Made by a program: the position numbers and the translations under genes
Source: a virus
Taxonomy: Duplodnaviria; Caudoviricetes
DNA: 56,336 nucleotides
Reading direction: 5' to 3' (one strand)
IMG/VR virus record: IMGVR_UViG_3300032605_000023
Coordinates: 1 to 56,336 of that record
The notes under the pieces: model-generated
Databases searched by the model: none
Told to the model about the DNA's origin: nothing
What the model saw: the letters and a program-made list of their open reading frames with translations, nothing else
Part shown: positions 46,901 through 56,089 of the stretch, one piece after another
Numbering within the stretch: the stretch's first letter is position 1
How the letters are laid out: each line of letters opens with the position of its first letter

Positions 46901-47159
46901 GAGGGCTTGATATAATAGTTTCTGGGATAGAGGTTAAATATGTATTCTTAAAGTGACTAATGAATGCTTGTTCTGTATTGTCAATGTCTGTCAAATCATA
47001 AAGTGATCTTGATTGATAACCAATGTTTGATGGTTGTTCAAGCCATTCATAATATGCCTTCACAAAGGCAATGAATAATGCTTGACCATTATTCTGATCC
47101 CTATAAAAACTAGGGAATTGTGCAGGAATTAATGGTGAAATAAATTTATTATCAAGCAT
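43938..47159 (-). CDS. gp7: Baseplate wedge protein (gp7-like) with appended beta-propeller
   Basis: QFPSFY...FVKAYYEWLE, LYRSKGS...LLFRLLF, IQDSYLYQNMSY, VHPAG, then repeated [AV]xD-x-x-[GD]N-[IY] blades. Confidence 0.75.
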   Translation of the reverse strand: MLDNKFISPLIPAQFPSFYRDQNNGQALFIAFVKAYYEWLEQPSNIGYQSRSLYDLTDIDNTEQAFISHFKNTYLTSIPETIISSPQLLVKHILDLYRSKGSRRSYELLFRLLFDEDIDVYIPNNYLLKPSDGIWQVPKYIEVNNNPYLPKLIGNRIYSSSGSAFATCENYYQKIENNKVVNVLYLSSLEGRFKYGEQILCEAVPEITLKNAPVITGSLTTISIVEGGYNFKVGDELNVLGSGSGARATVASTYDLNGEVVFTLVNGGQGISLNANVVVSGGSGAGATFKIGAIQDAITWVVNIDQVNNFSSTVLSNYTTIDANTTSVNAAANTILVGSANTLYPVGTYVYYSVPAGNTAIPSLTANSYYYVTFANSSALALSSSLGGANIALTPSGTSHEIHSLQYNPNWSGFFAGVSANLNTQIGQVLSYENIQAGTVSYLTRINPGAGYSSNPTVTIIEPYIASLGLPDGSGGIIGEDVLVTATATYANGIVSAVHLQDSGFGHTQGELLSLSAANTLNQTVVTGTAVLNLDGTGSGSWLNNQGFVSDVNFIQDSYLYQNMSYEIVAERMLSTYEKFVRDIVHPAGIALFGKYRYKDTQANNAPTPSSILLTQGRYASPYWIVEYGDIPLENNVSYSQGVLVDSQGNSYIVGSSITSTSQFVFITKFDILGNVVWQYILNDYVGSYDNACGIAIDSNDNIIITMSETASPFNSFILKLNSNGNILWQKRVNLNIAFLGQYLNVLVCVDALNNIYLSGTNGNSSGIEYILFKYDSSGNLLWEYILDTYDNNNPIFCMAVDASGNIYTSCSDRQHSSLINTITKTNTSGSFVWSIDITSIKLDNYLISSIDVDNEGNCYALVITSSGNNQLIKFNSSGTIVWCEDIQSSGIKFTGVSIDKSDNIWLVGSDSVRSTTFAKMNTSGSIAFTNGLLPYSSNGSIQGYTYPSSQIGPTRSNAVYYNGAVILSGYVVDNSNDFNGNALIIKVPADGSLTSSNNTAWGIYLYQTDSELGETVTATANTSMTTAPYSMIYTPGTIVSSPSNIVLSNNSYTTALTVVGQQNTFITTTIPI

Positions 47160-47161
47160 TA

Positions 47162-48982
47162 TTATACAGTCGATGTGCTAATGGTAAGGCCTGTTTCAAT
47201 ATCAATCTCTAGGATAGTATTCCCTGTCACAAAAATATTTTCATTTACTGGTGAGGCATAAAATACGACACCAGCTCCACCCATAAAATCATTAATAGTA
47301 ATATTACCAATGCTGATTTGACCATTTTCATAATTAACTGTTCCTATAGCTGCATATGATTGTTGATTTGCAACAGTAATATTCTGAAGGTAGAGTTTAT
47401 TTGAAGTATTTATGATTGAAAGTCCAGAGGTTGACTGTTCAAATTGGAATGTATTATTATTAGGATTGTAATCAGTAAATGAATATATCTGACCATTTGA
47501 GGTAAATTGTGATGAAAGAATAGAGCCAGGCTTAAGTGGATTCTGGAATGAAACAGAAAGAGTCTGAGAAGTATTTAAGGATGGTGATACAGACTGTTTC
47601 ATCACTACAGACATTTCACATGATGAAATGCATGGATCCTCATTATTGATTGCTTGTGTAAGTTGAGAATATTTAAACTCTGTATTGAAGTCTTCTAAGG
47701 AAGAAGAATTATAAGCAACAATAGTATTCGATGTAAGATTCTGAATATCAACAGAAGTATATGAAGTCTGATTAGGATCATATTCTACATTTACATTCAA
47801 ATCTAGATAGATGTATTCAGGATCAATCATCTTAGGTGTAATGCCAAGAGTTACTCTATCAAGAAGGAATGCTTCAATATCATTCTTTTCACCATTTGAT
47901 AGATTATAACCTGCATTTGAAATGGCAGAAACAAATACAGTTCCAAAACTTACAGTGTTTGTTGTTTCACCGCCATATGCATAACATGCACGAACATCAG
48001 GGAAATTGGCAAGAACTAGTTGTTGAAAATCATTTACAGTGACTGCACGTTCCTGTGTCTGAAAACTTCTTGGGGCATTAAATCGGATTGACTCGATTGT
48101 TTCGGAATTAGCACCACCAAATGAATTATTTGCACTAATAGTAGGAATGATTGCTCCACCGTAACCATTGATAACACCTATATTATCAACTAATGTAAAG
48201 TTTGAAGCTTCATTCCCATCAGTACCAGATGTGATGACGTAATTTGCAATAATAGTAGAACCATTGGTTGGTGCTAAACCAAATACACCATCACCGAATT
48301 GTAGTTGATAATAACCATTTGCAGTGGCTTGAAGGAAATATACAGGAGATGTATTACTTACACCAAAGAGACTTGAAGCAGGTGTATAAAGAACATTGCT
48401 TGAACCTGAATTTGCAACGACATTTACAGTGATGCTATTTGTATCAACATTTTGATTGCTTAAGATAAACTGTTGATTCTGAATGGTAGAATCCACAACA
48501 TAAGCATCTGTAACATACTTACCTTCAAACACCTGAAGATTGGCAAATGTGAAAACACCACCTGCAGGATATTGCACTAATGCTTCTTCTGTAACATACT
48601 GAAATGTTCCATTCTGATTTTTACCAGCAAAGCGTGTTCCCCGAGGAAGTTTTAATACAGAAAGATTGCTCTGAGGAAATACACAAGTCAAAAAAGCCTG
48701 TGATGAACGATATGATCTTGGAACGTAATTGAGTTCTTTTGCTTTTGAAATGACCGAACTTAATAATTGTGCAGAATCAAGGAATGATTCAGAAATTGCC
48801 ATATTTAAATAGAATGCATTTAGATATGTATTATATGAAAGAACATCCAACAGCACAGATAGATTTGAACCGGAGAAATTATAATCTGCAAACTGTGGTT
48901 GACTCTGTAAAAATGAAACTAAGTTCGACTTGAGAGTGTCGAAATCAAGTGTAGCTAAAGTGATTGATGTATTTGATGCCAT
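47162..48982 (-). CDS. gp6: Baseplate wedge protein
   Basis: LDFDTLKSNL, LDVLSYNTYLNAFY, ESFLDSAQL, FGDGVFG, SIRFNAP...QERAVT. Confidence 0.95.
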   Translation of the reverse strand: MASNTSITLATLDFDTLKSNLVSFLQSQPQFADYNFSGSNLSVLLDVLSYNTYLNAFYLNMAISESFLDSAQLLSSVISKAKELNYVPRSYRSSQAFLTCVFPQSNLSVLKLPRGTRFAGKNQNGTFQYVTEEALVQYPAGGVFTFANLQVFEGKYVTDAYVVDSTIQNQQFILSNQNVDTNSITVNVVANSGSSNVLYTPASSLFGVSNTSPVYFLQATANGYYQLQFGDGVFGLAPTNGSTIIANYVITSGTDGNEASNFTLVDNIGVINGYGGAIIPTISANNSFGGANSETIESIRFNAPRSFQTQERAVTVNDFQQLVLANFPDVRACYAYGGETTNTVSFGTVFVSAISNAGYNLSNGEKNDIEAFLLDRVTLGITPKMIDPEYIYLDLNVNVEYDPNQTSYTSVDIQNLTSNTIVAYNSSSLEDFNTEFKYSQLTQAINNEDPCISSCEMSVVMKQSVSPSLNTSQTLSVSFQNPLKPGSILSSQFTSNGQIYSFTDYNPNNNTFQFEQSTSGLSIINTSNKLYLQNITVANQQSYAAIGTVNYENGQISIGNITINDFMGGAGVVFYASPVNENIFVTGNTILEIDIETGLTISTSTV

Positions 48983-48988
48983 GATTTG

Positions 48989-49414
48989 TTATCGAACTCT
49001 CTGAAGATATACTGAAACAGATTGAACTTCCACACTATTTATTATTGAAAAAACAATATTTACATATACATAGTCATTTTGAACATCTGGCGTAACAGTA
49101 ACACCAAGAAGAATAATTCTTGGTTCATTCTGTGTAAGTGTATTTGTGATATGAAATTGGAGATCCTGTTGAGCTATAATATCATTTGGTTCAAAAAGAA
49201 TTCTATTCACGTTCGAACCAATAGTAGGTTGAAATAGTCTTTCACCGTAATTAGTAAAAATAAGATTTTGAATAGACTGTTTAATTGATTGACTATTTGT
49301 TATTCTACCAATATCACCCGTTGCAGGATGAGGTGTGAAATCATCAAGAAAATCTGAATAAACTACAGGAGTTTTCTTTAATTGTGTTGCATAATCTGAT
49401 CTTGAACCTGACAT
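48989..49414 (-). CDS. gp25: Baseplate wedge protein / sheath initiator
   Basis: SIKQSIQNLIFTNYGERLFQPTIGS, EPRI. Confidence 0.93.
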   Translation of the reverse strand: MSGSRSDYATQLKKTPVVYSDFLDDFTPHPATGDIGRITNSQSIKQSIQNLIFTNYGERLFQPTIGSNVNRILFEPNDIIAQQDLQFHITNTLTQNEPRIILLGVTVTPDVQNDYVYVNIVFSIINSVEVQSVSVYLQRVR

Positions 49415-49438
49415 TTTCTTTATCCGAATATGAGTGGT

Positions 49439-50209
49439 TTAATTATGATTGAAAGGTGAACCTGTAATACTGTATACACCGGAAGAAGTAGTATTTCCAG
49501 TTGAACACACAAGAGTAAAAGGACCATTTGGAGTATTAAGTGCAATGGAATTTGAATTGATAGTAAATGGACCATTTGGTGTATTGAATGTAATAGATTC
49601 TGCATCAATAACAAAATTTTTACATTTGATATGAAAAGAACCTGTCATATTCAATTCAACAGAACCAGATGAAGTAACAAACCAATCAGATTTAAGAATA
49701 TCAGCCTTTACGCCATTGATATTAGTAACAGAATTCTGTATTATATTCTCATATTTAGAGCCTTCAGTACTAGTAGAGTAATCACCACCAATCGTTTCAT
49801 GCATATCTAGTTCTGTATGAACATAGTTGTGACCGCCGATACCAGTCTGAAGATTCCCTGAGATACCTACATACTTATTTCCGTTTACCTGTTCATTCAT
49901 TGAACCATCGACGTTTGTGTTTAGAACACCAGCAACCTTCACATCTTTATGACCATCAACTGTTTCGGAAATTCCATCCTTATAATAGTCGTATGCTTTT
50001 CCTACAACAGTCTTGGTCCAGTTACCAAATTTGTCGATTTCAACATATGTTCCTGCCGTATGTGCAACTTTTAACGATTGATTGTTATCTGCATCATTGA
50101 TATGGAATTCATGACCGCTTCTGGTAATTGTTGCTTGATTGTAGGGATATGTCGTTGCAAAAATGGAATCCGGATGTTTTGCATTGAAATTATCTGATAA
50201 ATCTGTCAT
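49439..50209 (-). CDS. Baseplate spike, gp5 C-terminal beta-helix part
   Basis: YPYNQATITRSGH...HTAGTYVEI followed by VxG 8-residue beta-helix repeats. Confidence 0.8.
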   Translation of the reverse strand: MTDLSDNFNAKHPDSIFATTYPYNQATITRSGHEFHINDADNNQSLKVAHTAGTYVEIDKFGNWTKTVVGKAYDYYKDGISETVDGHKDVKVAGVLNTNVDGSMNEQVNGNKYVGISGNLQTGIGGHNYVHTELDMHETIGGDYSTSTEGSKYENIIQNSVTNINGVKADILKSDWFVTSSGSVELNMTGSFHIKCKNFVIDAESITFNTPNGPFTINSNSIALNTPNGPFTLVCSTGNTTSSGVYSITGSPFNHN

Positions 50210-51792
50210 TAACTTACACCTACACCTATTCTCATATTTTGCATTTGTCTAGAAAGCATTAGTTGTTTACTTGCAAATCCATCAACAGCAGAGGAAATAT
50301 TTCCAGTATTTAATACTACACTTTGCTTAAGCTTAGGAAGAAAATTTGAATTGATATTATCACTAATTTTAGGAAGAAACTGAGATGCAAGAACAGCAGC
50401 ACCTACAATAGCAAAACCTTTACCTAGATTATTTGAGATAATAGATCCTGCGGCATGTGAAATAGATGATGAAAATATATTAGTAAGAAATGATGATGAA
50501 AGATTTCCTGAAATTATTGATGTTTCAATTTGATTTGTAAAATGATTTTGTGTTGAAAAGAAAGATGCTTGATCAGCAGATGTATAATTTGGTTCACCAT
50601 TTCTTTCTGTATATACTGGAGGATTAACACCAGTAGGATCATTCCACACAATGAAGCCTGGATAAGGATCATTAGTTGAAAATTGTTGAACATAAGATGA
50701 TGGAACATTAGAGGAATCAATTACTGCTGGTGGTATAGCAGATGTTGCTGTTTGAACACTTGCAAGAGGTTCATTGACTATAGTATCAAAAGCACTTGAC
50801 ACTACGGATGAAACAGCATTTGTTACGGTATTTACAGCACCAACGGCAAAACTTGTAAGTGAATTCAAACCATCTAATACTTTTGCAATAGCAAGATTTG
50901 TCTGATCTATTGCCTGCTGGTTGATTAAATTCACACCGCATATTTTTATATTTGCCAAAGCATTAAGTGCTTGACCGACTTCTGCTATTCCTGCTGCCGC
51001 GGCATTGATTAGACCAAGAACTTTAAAGACACCATATTTTTGAGCAAGACTTAAAATAGCATTCTGTATAGAACGAATTACAATACTTTCAAATTGACCT
51101 GCAATTTTCTTAATCATTGCAAGTGCAGAATTAAGAATATTTGTAATATTAAACATTGCCGAACCAAGGCATGAAATAGAAGCATTCAAATTATTTGGAT
51201 CAACAGTTTTAAGTATAGTTAGAATGTCAGAAGTATTGTTTTTATTTGCATATGCTACAGTTGGTGTTTTGGCATTCTTCATATCCTTTTCAACTGCTTT
51301 GGTAATAATAGAACCAAGAGTATTTGAAATTGACGGAGGAACACCAGTGGAATCCAAAGATGCAACAGAAGCAGCAGATGAATTTAATTGTGATCTATAA
51401 TTGACTGCTTGACCTTGTGCTCCGGGAGGAATACTTCCTACTGTTGTGTCGATTGTTGGTGCGCCGCCAGATGTTTCACCTTGAACAAGATCACCAGATT
51501 TTCCAATCGAACCTGTAATAATTGGATATTGAAAATCTGCATCAAGCCAGAAACCAATGACCTGAGAACCTTTCATAAGTCCAACAGGAGCAGTGCCCAT
51601 TCTTCCTACGGCAGCAGATGTTACGGATTGTTGAGGAAGTGCCCAAGGTAATGCTGAATCAGGAATGTTTGTTGTATCGTCATGTCTTCCGTATACACGA
51701 ATTTGAACACGACCAGATTGATGGGGATCCTGAACATTTACAACTGTTGCAATAAACCAAGCAAATGGTGTTTCTCCCATATTATACATCAT
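50209..51792 (-). CDS. gp5: Baseplate hub gp5 N-terminal OB-fold plus an unrelated helical region (no lysozyme recognised)
   Basis: WFIATVVNVQDP...GRVQIRVYGRH...LPWA...VIGFWLD...PIITGSI. Confidence 0.8.
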   Translation of the reverse strand: MMYNMGETPFAWFIATVVNVQDPHQSGRVQIRVYGRHDDTTNIPDSALPWALPQQSVTSAAVGRMGTAPVGLMKGSQVIGFWLDADFQYPIITGSIGKSGDLVQGETSGGAPTIDTTVGSIPPGAQGQAVNYRSQLNSSAASVASLDSTGVPPSISNTLGSIITKAVEKDMKNAKTPTVAYANKNNTSDILTILKTVDPNNLNASISCLGSAMFNITNILNSALAMIKKIAGQFESIVIRSIQNAILSLAQKYGVFKVLGLINAAAAGIAEVGQALNALANIKICGVNLINQQAIDQTNLAIAKVLDGLNSLTSFAVGAVNTVTNAVSSVVSSAFDTIVNEPLASVQTATSAIPPAVIDSSNVPSSYVQQFSTNDPYPGFIVWNDPTGVNPPVYTERNGEPNYTSADQASFFSTQNHFTNQIETSIISGNLSSSFLTNIFSSSISHAAGSIISNNLGKGFAIVGAAVLASQFLPKISDNINSNFLPKLKQSVVLNTGNISSAVDGFASKQLMLSRQMQNMRIGVGVS

Positions 51793-53024
51793 GAATTATA
51801 AGTCCCCTTAATTCCTTCTATAATGCATGTATATCTAGGTTTTTCAATTACCTGACCGATACGATGATGAATTCTTGTAATCAAAAAATTACCTGAAAGT
51901 AACGGATCCATTTTCACAGACCCAGTAAGACCTTGTTTATTTGGTATTAAACAATTTATCATTGAACCAGCAGTAAGAACAATATCACCTGGAACTCTAA
52001 TTTTAATAGCATTTTGAAGAAGAAGTGCAATATATGCTTGTTTATCAGCAAGAGAACCAGGAATATTTGAATCTGGAACCTGAGAATAACTCATAGGTGA
52101 TAGTGTAAATCGAGGATTTTGTGTATCAAAATAAGTATTCATGAATGAAGTAGATATACTTTTGGCAGATGAAATGCCTGCCGTATTAAATTTTGTTGTC
52201 GATGTTTGTGCAACATTTGATGTGAATTGCTGTGTTGTGAAATTAAACACAGTAGTTCTTCTTGGACCTGCAAGATCAATTAGATCAATAGATGATAATT
52301 GTTTTGGAACAGTATATGCTAAAATATTGTTATCTTGTTGAGCAAGAATATTTGTATTGATAGCATCTGATTGTTGGAATTTCTTTACAGCATTGCCTTT
52401 GAATAATGATTCAACGGTAACAAAATTGAATTGCTGTTTTCCATTATTTCTGGATTCAAAATATACGTATGAAGATGATTGAGTATTAGCAGATACTGCT
52501 CTTTTCTTGACAAGATTGATTGCTTGATATGGAGACTTATGAGGAACTGTGATGGTCTGTGGCCCAAGAGTATCCTCGACCGTGAGTGGTTTTTGACTGT
52601 TTAAAAAGATGGAATTAGTATGAATATCTTTCACGATATTTGCACATGTATCTGTATAACTCTTTTGAATATAATGTGTTTTGGCAAACATTGCTTCTTG
52701 TGAAACACATTGAATAGTATACATCTTTGACTTTTGAGCACCAGCGGCTTTTACATCCGTAAGTGTATATAGAGCAAAAACAAAGGATGATTTAGTTCCA
52801 CCTGGTATTGCACATGTAAAGGTAACCATTTCATCACCTTGGATTTTCAAGGTTCCAAGTTGATCCTGAGTATCTAGAACTACAATATCTGCAACCATAC
52901 CTGGAGTAAAAATACTTTCATATATTGACATTGCAACAAATGATGTTGTAAGATCCAGGATGCCTCTTTCAGACATCACAATTAGTTTTGATACTTGAAG
53001 ATCACCAGGTGTATAATTTGCCAT
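51789..53024 (-). CDS. Baseplate hub protein (gp27-like)
   Basis: IYESIFTP, YVYFE, FNFVTVESL, VPGDIVLTAG, LSGNFLITRIHH; lies between gp53 and gp5. Confidence 0.65.
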   Translation of the reverse strand: MANYTPGDLQVSKLIVMSERGILDLTTSFVAMSIYESIFTPGMVADIVVLDTQDQLGTLKIQGDEMVTFTCAIPGGTKSSFVFALYTLTDVKAAGAQKSKMYTIQCVSQEAMFAKTHYIQKSYTDTCANIVKDIHTNSIFLNSQKPLTVEDTLGPQTITVPHKSPYQAINLVKKRAVSANTQSSSYVYFESRNNGKQQFNFVTVESLFKGNAVKKFQQSDAINTNILAQQDNNILAYTVPKQLSSIDLIDLAGPRRTTVFNFTTQQFTSNVAQTSTTKFNTAGISSAKSISTSFMNTYFDTQNPRFTLSPMSYSQVPDSNIPGSLADKQAYIALLLQNAIKIRVPGDIVLTAGSMINCLIPNKQGLTGSVKMDPLLSGNFLITRIHHRIGQVIEKPRYTCIIEGIKGTYNS

Positions 53025-53025
53025 G

Positions 53026-53907
53026 CTAACTCGAAAGAAGTGCTGATAATTGGTCCGAAATGGAATTCAAATAAGTTGAATTGAGAACTTGTATTGATTT
53101 ATTTGCTTCATTTAGTTCAGTTTCATAATCATAGTAATATACAGGAGTCCAATACACAACTTCATCAGAAGGTATAGTAGTGACCAAAGATGAGGCAGAA
53201 GTAAATGCAGTATTTGTGAAACTTTGTTTGCCATAGATATAACTTAGACTGCCGATTGTTCCAGTGGTTACAATACCAGATGTATGTTGAATATTTAAAA
53301 CAGATGAGTTTGCAAAACAAACCTGACCATGACCACTGTTATTAGAATCAAATACCACATTTACAGGTTCATCTTGAATAAAAGTAGAACCATTGAATAC
53401 GTTATAAGAAACAATTTGATTTGTTGTAACAATCTGATCTGATTGCGCTCTGATATAAGATTGTGGTGTTAATGACTTATATTGGTCGACATACAATGGT
53501 TGATAGTATGTTTGGAGAGATGATGAAAGATTGTTATAAACTGCAACGGAAATTGGATTCTGATTGATATACCAGTTGTTTCTGTAGTATTTGATCTTAC
53601 TTTGTGCTAATTGGACTGATCCATATTTCTTGGAAATATAAGCATTGAAAGTGTCCTGATCCATATACCATTGATAATACGGATCTACTATATTATTACA
53701 GAGATATAATACCCACGAAGCATATTCATCTTCGTAATATCTATCAGAAATGTTGTCTGGTCTTTCACTATTCTTAACATCATATTGATAATACAAGTTG
53801 GGATTATTATATACACTCTGAAGTACTGCAGCACGTTCAGTAATGTTAATAACATTCTGCCCTGCATAAATGATGATGGGAAATTTAGAAAAATATTTTT
53901 CTGACAT
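53026..53907 (-). CDS. gp53: Baseplate wedge protein
   Basis: YFSKFP, ERPDNISDRYY, WVLYLCNNIVDPYYQW, YETELNEANKSI. Confidence 0.88.
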   Translation of the reverse strand: MSEKYFSKFPIIIYAGQNVINITERAAVLQSVYNNPNLYYQYDVKNSERPDNISDRYYEDEYASWVLYLCNNIVDPYYQWYMDQDTFNAYISKKYGSVQLAQSKIKYYRNNWYINQNPISVAVYNNLSSSLQTYYQPLYVDQYKSLTPQSYIRAQSDQIVTTNQIVSYNVFNGSTFIQDEPVNVVFDSNNSGHGQVCFANSSVLNIQHTSGIVTTGTIGSLSYIYGKQSFTNTAFTSASSLVTTIPSDEVVYWTPVYYYDYETELNEANKSIQVLNSTYLNSISDQLSALLSS

Positions 53908-53909
53908 GA

Positions 53910-54971
53910 TTATTGACCGGAAACTTGACCAGGAACTGGACCAGGGACTGGACCAGGGACTGGACCAGGGACTGGACCAGGGACTGGACTTGAATTGTTT
54001 GGTGTAATGTTATTCACAAGTTCAGACAATATAGATGCATGTGATGTAGATCCTCCATAATCCAATTGTGTCCAAAGTTCAATTTCTTTGCATTGCATAT
54101 TCAGACTTACTGCTGTAGGTGCATTGGTCTCACTAAAGAACGATGGTGTGCCACCGGCAGCATAATTGAATGATAAACTTTCTATTACTGCCGGTTTAAA
54201 AGAATATGTATATTGTGATACAGGAGAACTAAGTTGAATTTGAACAATATTTGGATAGGTAAAAAACAAACCATCACTTGAATTTGGAACACCGGGAAGT
54301 GAATTTTGTTTTAATACAGTAATAATTTTCTGTAAAGTTTCTGATTCTGCTTTATTTGAAGGTGTAAGAAGCCATTCAAAAGAATGATTCTTGAAATTTA
54401 CATTTTGAAATAATACTGTTTGGAATGGATTGATTGCAAGACCAGAAACAGCGCTAACAGCACCTGCTATTTGTGTATTAGCACTTTGCAATTTACTAAT
54501 GGCTGATCCAGCAGCACCGGCCGCAACTGCTCCAGCCCCTGCTTCTAAAGCGCCTATACCTTTTTCAAAAGAAGAAAAAGAAGAAGAAGATATTCCAGAT
54601 TGTGACAAACTTTGAACTGCTGCACCAACTGCTGAACCTAAATTTTCTGTGCTATAATTTAAATGGATAGTATCCATCAGATTTTTGGGTATGGGTAAAA
54701 TTATATTTGACCCGGTAGATGTCAGAGAAGCATTTGAACCAATGGATCTTTTCTGATATTGCATGAATCTTATGGTCATTGTATAGTTATCTAAAACATC
54801 ACCTGGAAATATAAGAGAAGCACCAGGAAATCCAGAACCTTGTCCAGCAAGTTTTGCTGCGGCCGCAAATGCAGAAAGTGCAGAGACTGCACCACCTGCC
54901 GCGAAAACACCACGACCAATTCGAGCTAAATCGGAACCTGCTGCGGATAAATATTGGAAAACTGAAGCCAT
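53910..54971 (-). CDS. gp48: Baseplate tail-tube cap
   Basis: ILPIP, AINPFQTVLFQNVNFKNHSFEWLLTPSNKAES, FTYP; ATG 54971. Confidence 0.8.
   Translation of the reverse strand: MASVFQYLSAAGSDLARIGRGVFAAGGAVSALSAFAAAAKLAGQGSGFPGASLIFPGDVLDNYTMTIRFMQYQKRSIGSNASLTSTGSNIILPIPKNLMDTIHLNYSTENLGSAVGAAVQSLSQSGISSSSFSSFEKGIGALEAGAGAVAAGAAGSAISKLQSANTQIAGAVSAVSGLAINPFQTVLFQNVNFKNHSFEWLLTPSNKAESETLQKIITVLKQNSLPGVPNSSDGLFFTYPNIVQIQLSSPVSQYTYSFKPAVIESLSFNYAAGGTPSFFSETNAPTAVSLNMQCKEIELWTQLDYGGSTSHASILSELVNNITPNNSSPVPGPVPGPVPGPVPGPVPGQVSGQ
53929..53988. repeat. Five tandem 12-bp repeats encoding (PVPG)5
   Basis: ccagggactgga x4 plus one ccaggaactgga copy. Confidence 0.92.
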
Positions 54972-54982
54972 ATACACTTCTC

Positions 54983-55008
54983 TATAAATAGTGTTTTTGA
55001 TATTTATA
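54983..55008. promoter_or_regulatory. Pair of opposing late promoters for gp4 (+) and gp48 (-)
   Basis: TATAAATA at 54983-54990 on plus and at 55008-55001 on minus. Confidence 0.75.
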
Positions 55009-55015
55009 TAAAACT

Positions 55016-55444
55016 ATGGCATATTCCGGAAAATTTAAACCAATTAATCCTTCTAAATATAAAGGTAACCCCACAAATATAATTTATAGGAGTTTGTGGG
55101 AATGTAAACTTATGATGAGACTTGACAAAGATCCAAATATATTATGGTGGGGATCTGAAGAAACCATTGTCAGATATAGATCACCAGTCGATGGTAAGAT
55201 ACATCGTTATTTCATAGATTTTATTGTCAAAACTAATCAAAACAAAATTCTTCTTATAGAAGTAAAACCTAAACATCAGACTATACCACCAGTCATTACA
55301 GAAGAAAAAAAGAAATCAAAGAAATATTTGAGAGAAGTAATGACGTGGGGTATAAATCAAGCAAAATGGAAAGCAGCAACGGAATACGCAAAAGACCGCG
55401 GATATGAATTTGTGATCTTTACAGAGAAAGAACTTGGGATTTAA
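55016..55444 (+). CDS. gp4: Head completion nuclease
   Basis: NPSKYKGNPTNIIYRSLWE, HRYFIDF, IEVKP, NQAKWKAA. Confidence 0.95.
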   Translation: MAYSGKFKPINPSKYKGNPTNIIYRSLWECKLMMRLDKDPNILWWGSEETIVRYRSPVDGKIHRYFIDFIVKTNQNKILLIEVKPKHQTIPPVITEEKKKSKKYLREVMTWGINQAKWKAATEYAKDRGYEFVIFTEKELGI

Positions 55445-55479
55445 CAATAAATAGTTCACAACTTTATTGGATTTAACTT

Positions 55480-56088
55480 TTGGCCAACGAATCTTATATC
55501 TTCACACAATTAGCACGGAAAGGCCGTGCAGAAGGTATCACCGACGATGTTCGTCAACGTGATACAAGATCATGGTTTAGAAATGCAGCAGCAACCGTTT
55601 CGAGTGTAAACAAGAATCGGATGATGAATGATAAGGAAAATCTATATTCAAAGATAACAATGAACGATATTGGAAAAATGTATATGTATTTTTATGATCC
55701 CAAGCATAAAGATACACTTCCGTATTATGATACATTCCCGCTTATTTTCTTGGTAGGTTTTACCCATGGTGGCTTTCAAGGTATCAATCTCCATTATCTT
55801 CCACCAATTCTTAGAGCAAAACTAATGGATAGACTTTACACCATTTCACAAGATACAAAATTTAATGCCGATACAAAATTGAAACTATCATATGAGATTT
55901 TAAATAATGCTTCAAAATTTAAATATTTTAAACCATGTTTTAAAATGTATCTACATGATCATGTAAGAAGTAATTTCTTGAATATTCAACCTAGAATGTG
56001 GGATGCAGCACTTATGCTTCCTTCTGCTCGTTTCAAGAAAGCATCAAATACAACTGTCTGGAAAGAATCACAGGAAATGGTAGGATAA
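55480..56088 (+). CDS. gp2: DNA end protector protein
   Basis: GKMYMYFYDPKHKDTLPYYDTFPL, GINLHYLPP, PCFKMYL. Confidence 0.93.
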   Translation: MANESYIFTQLARKGRAEGITDDVRQRDTRSWFRNAAATVSSVNKNRMMNDKENLYSKITMNDIGKMYMYFYDPKHKDTLPYYDTFPLIFLVGFTHGGFQGINLHYLPPILRAKLMDRLYTISQDTKFNADTKLKLSYEILNNASKFKYFKPCFKMYLHDHVRSNFLNIQPRMWDAALMLPSARFKKASNTTVWKESQEMVG

Positions 56089-56089
56089 T

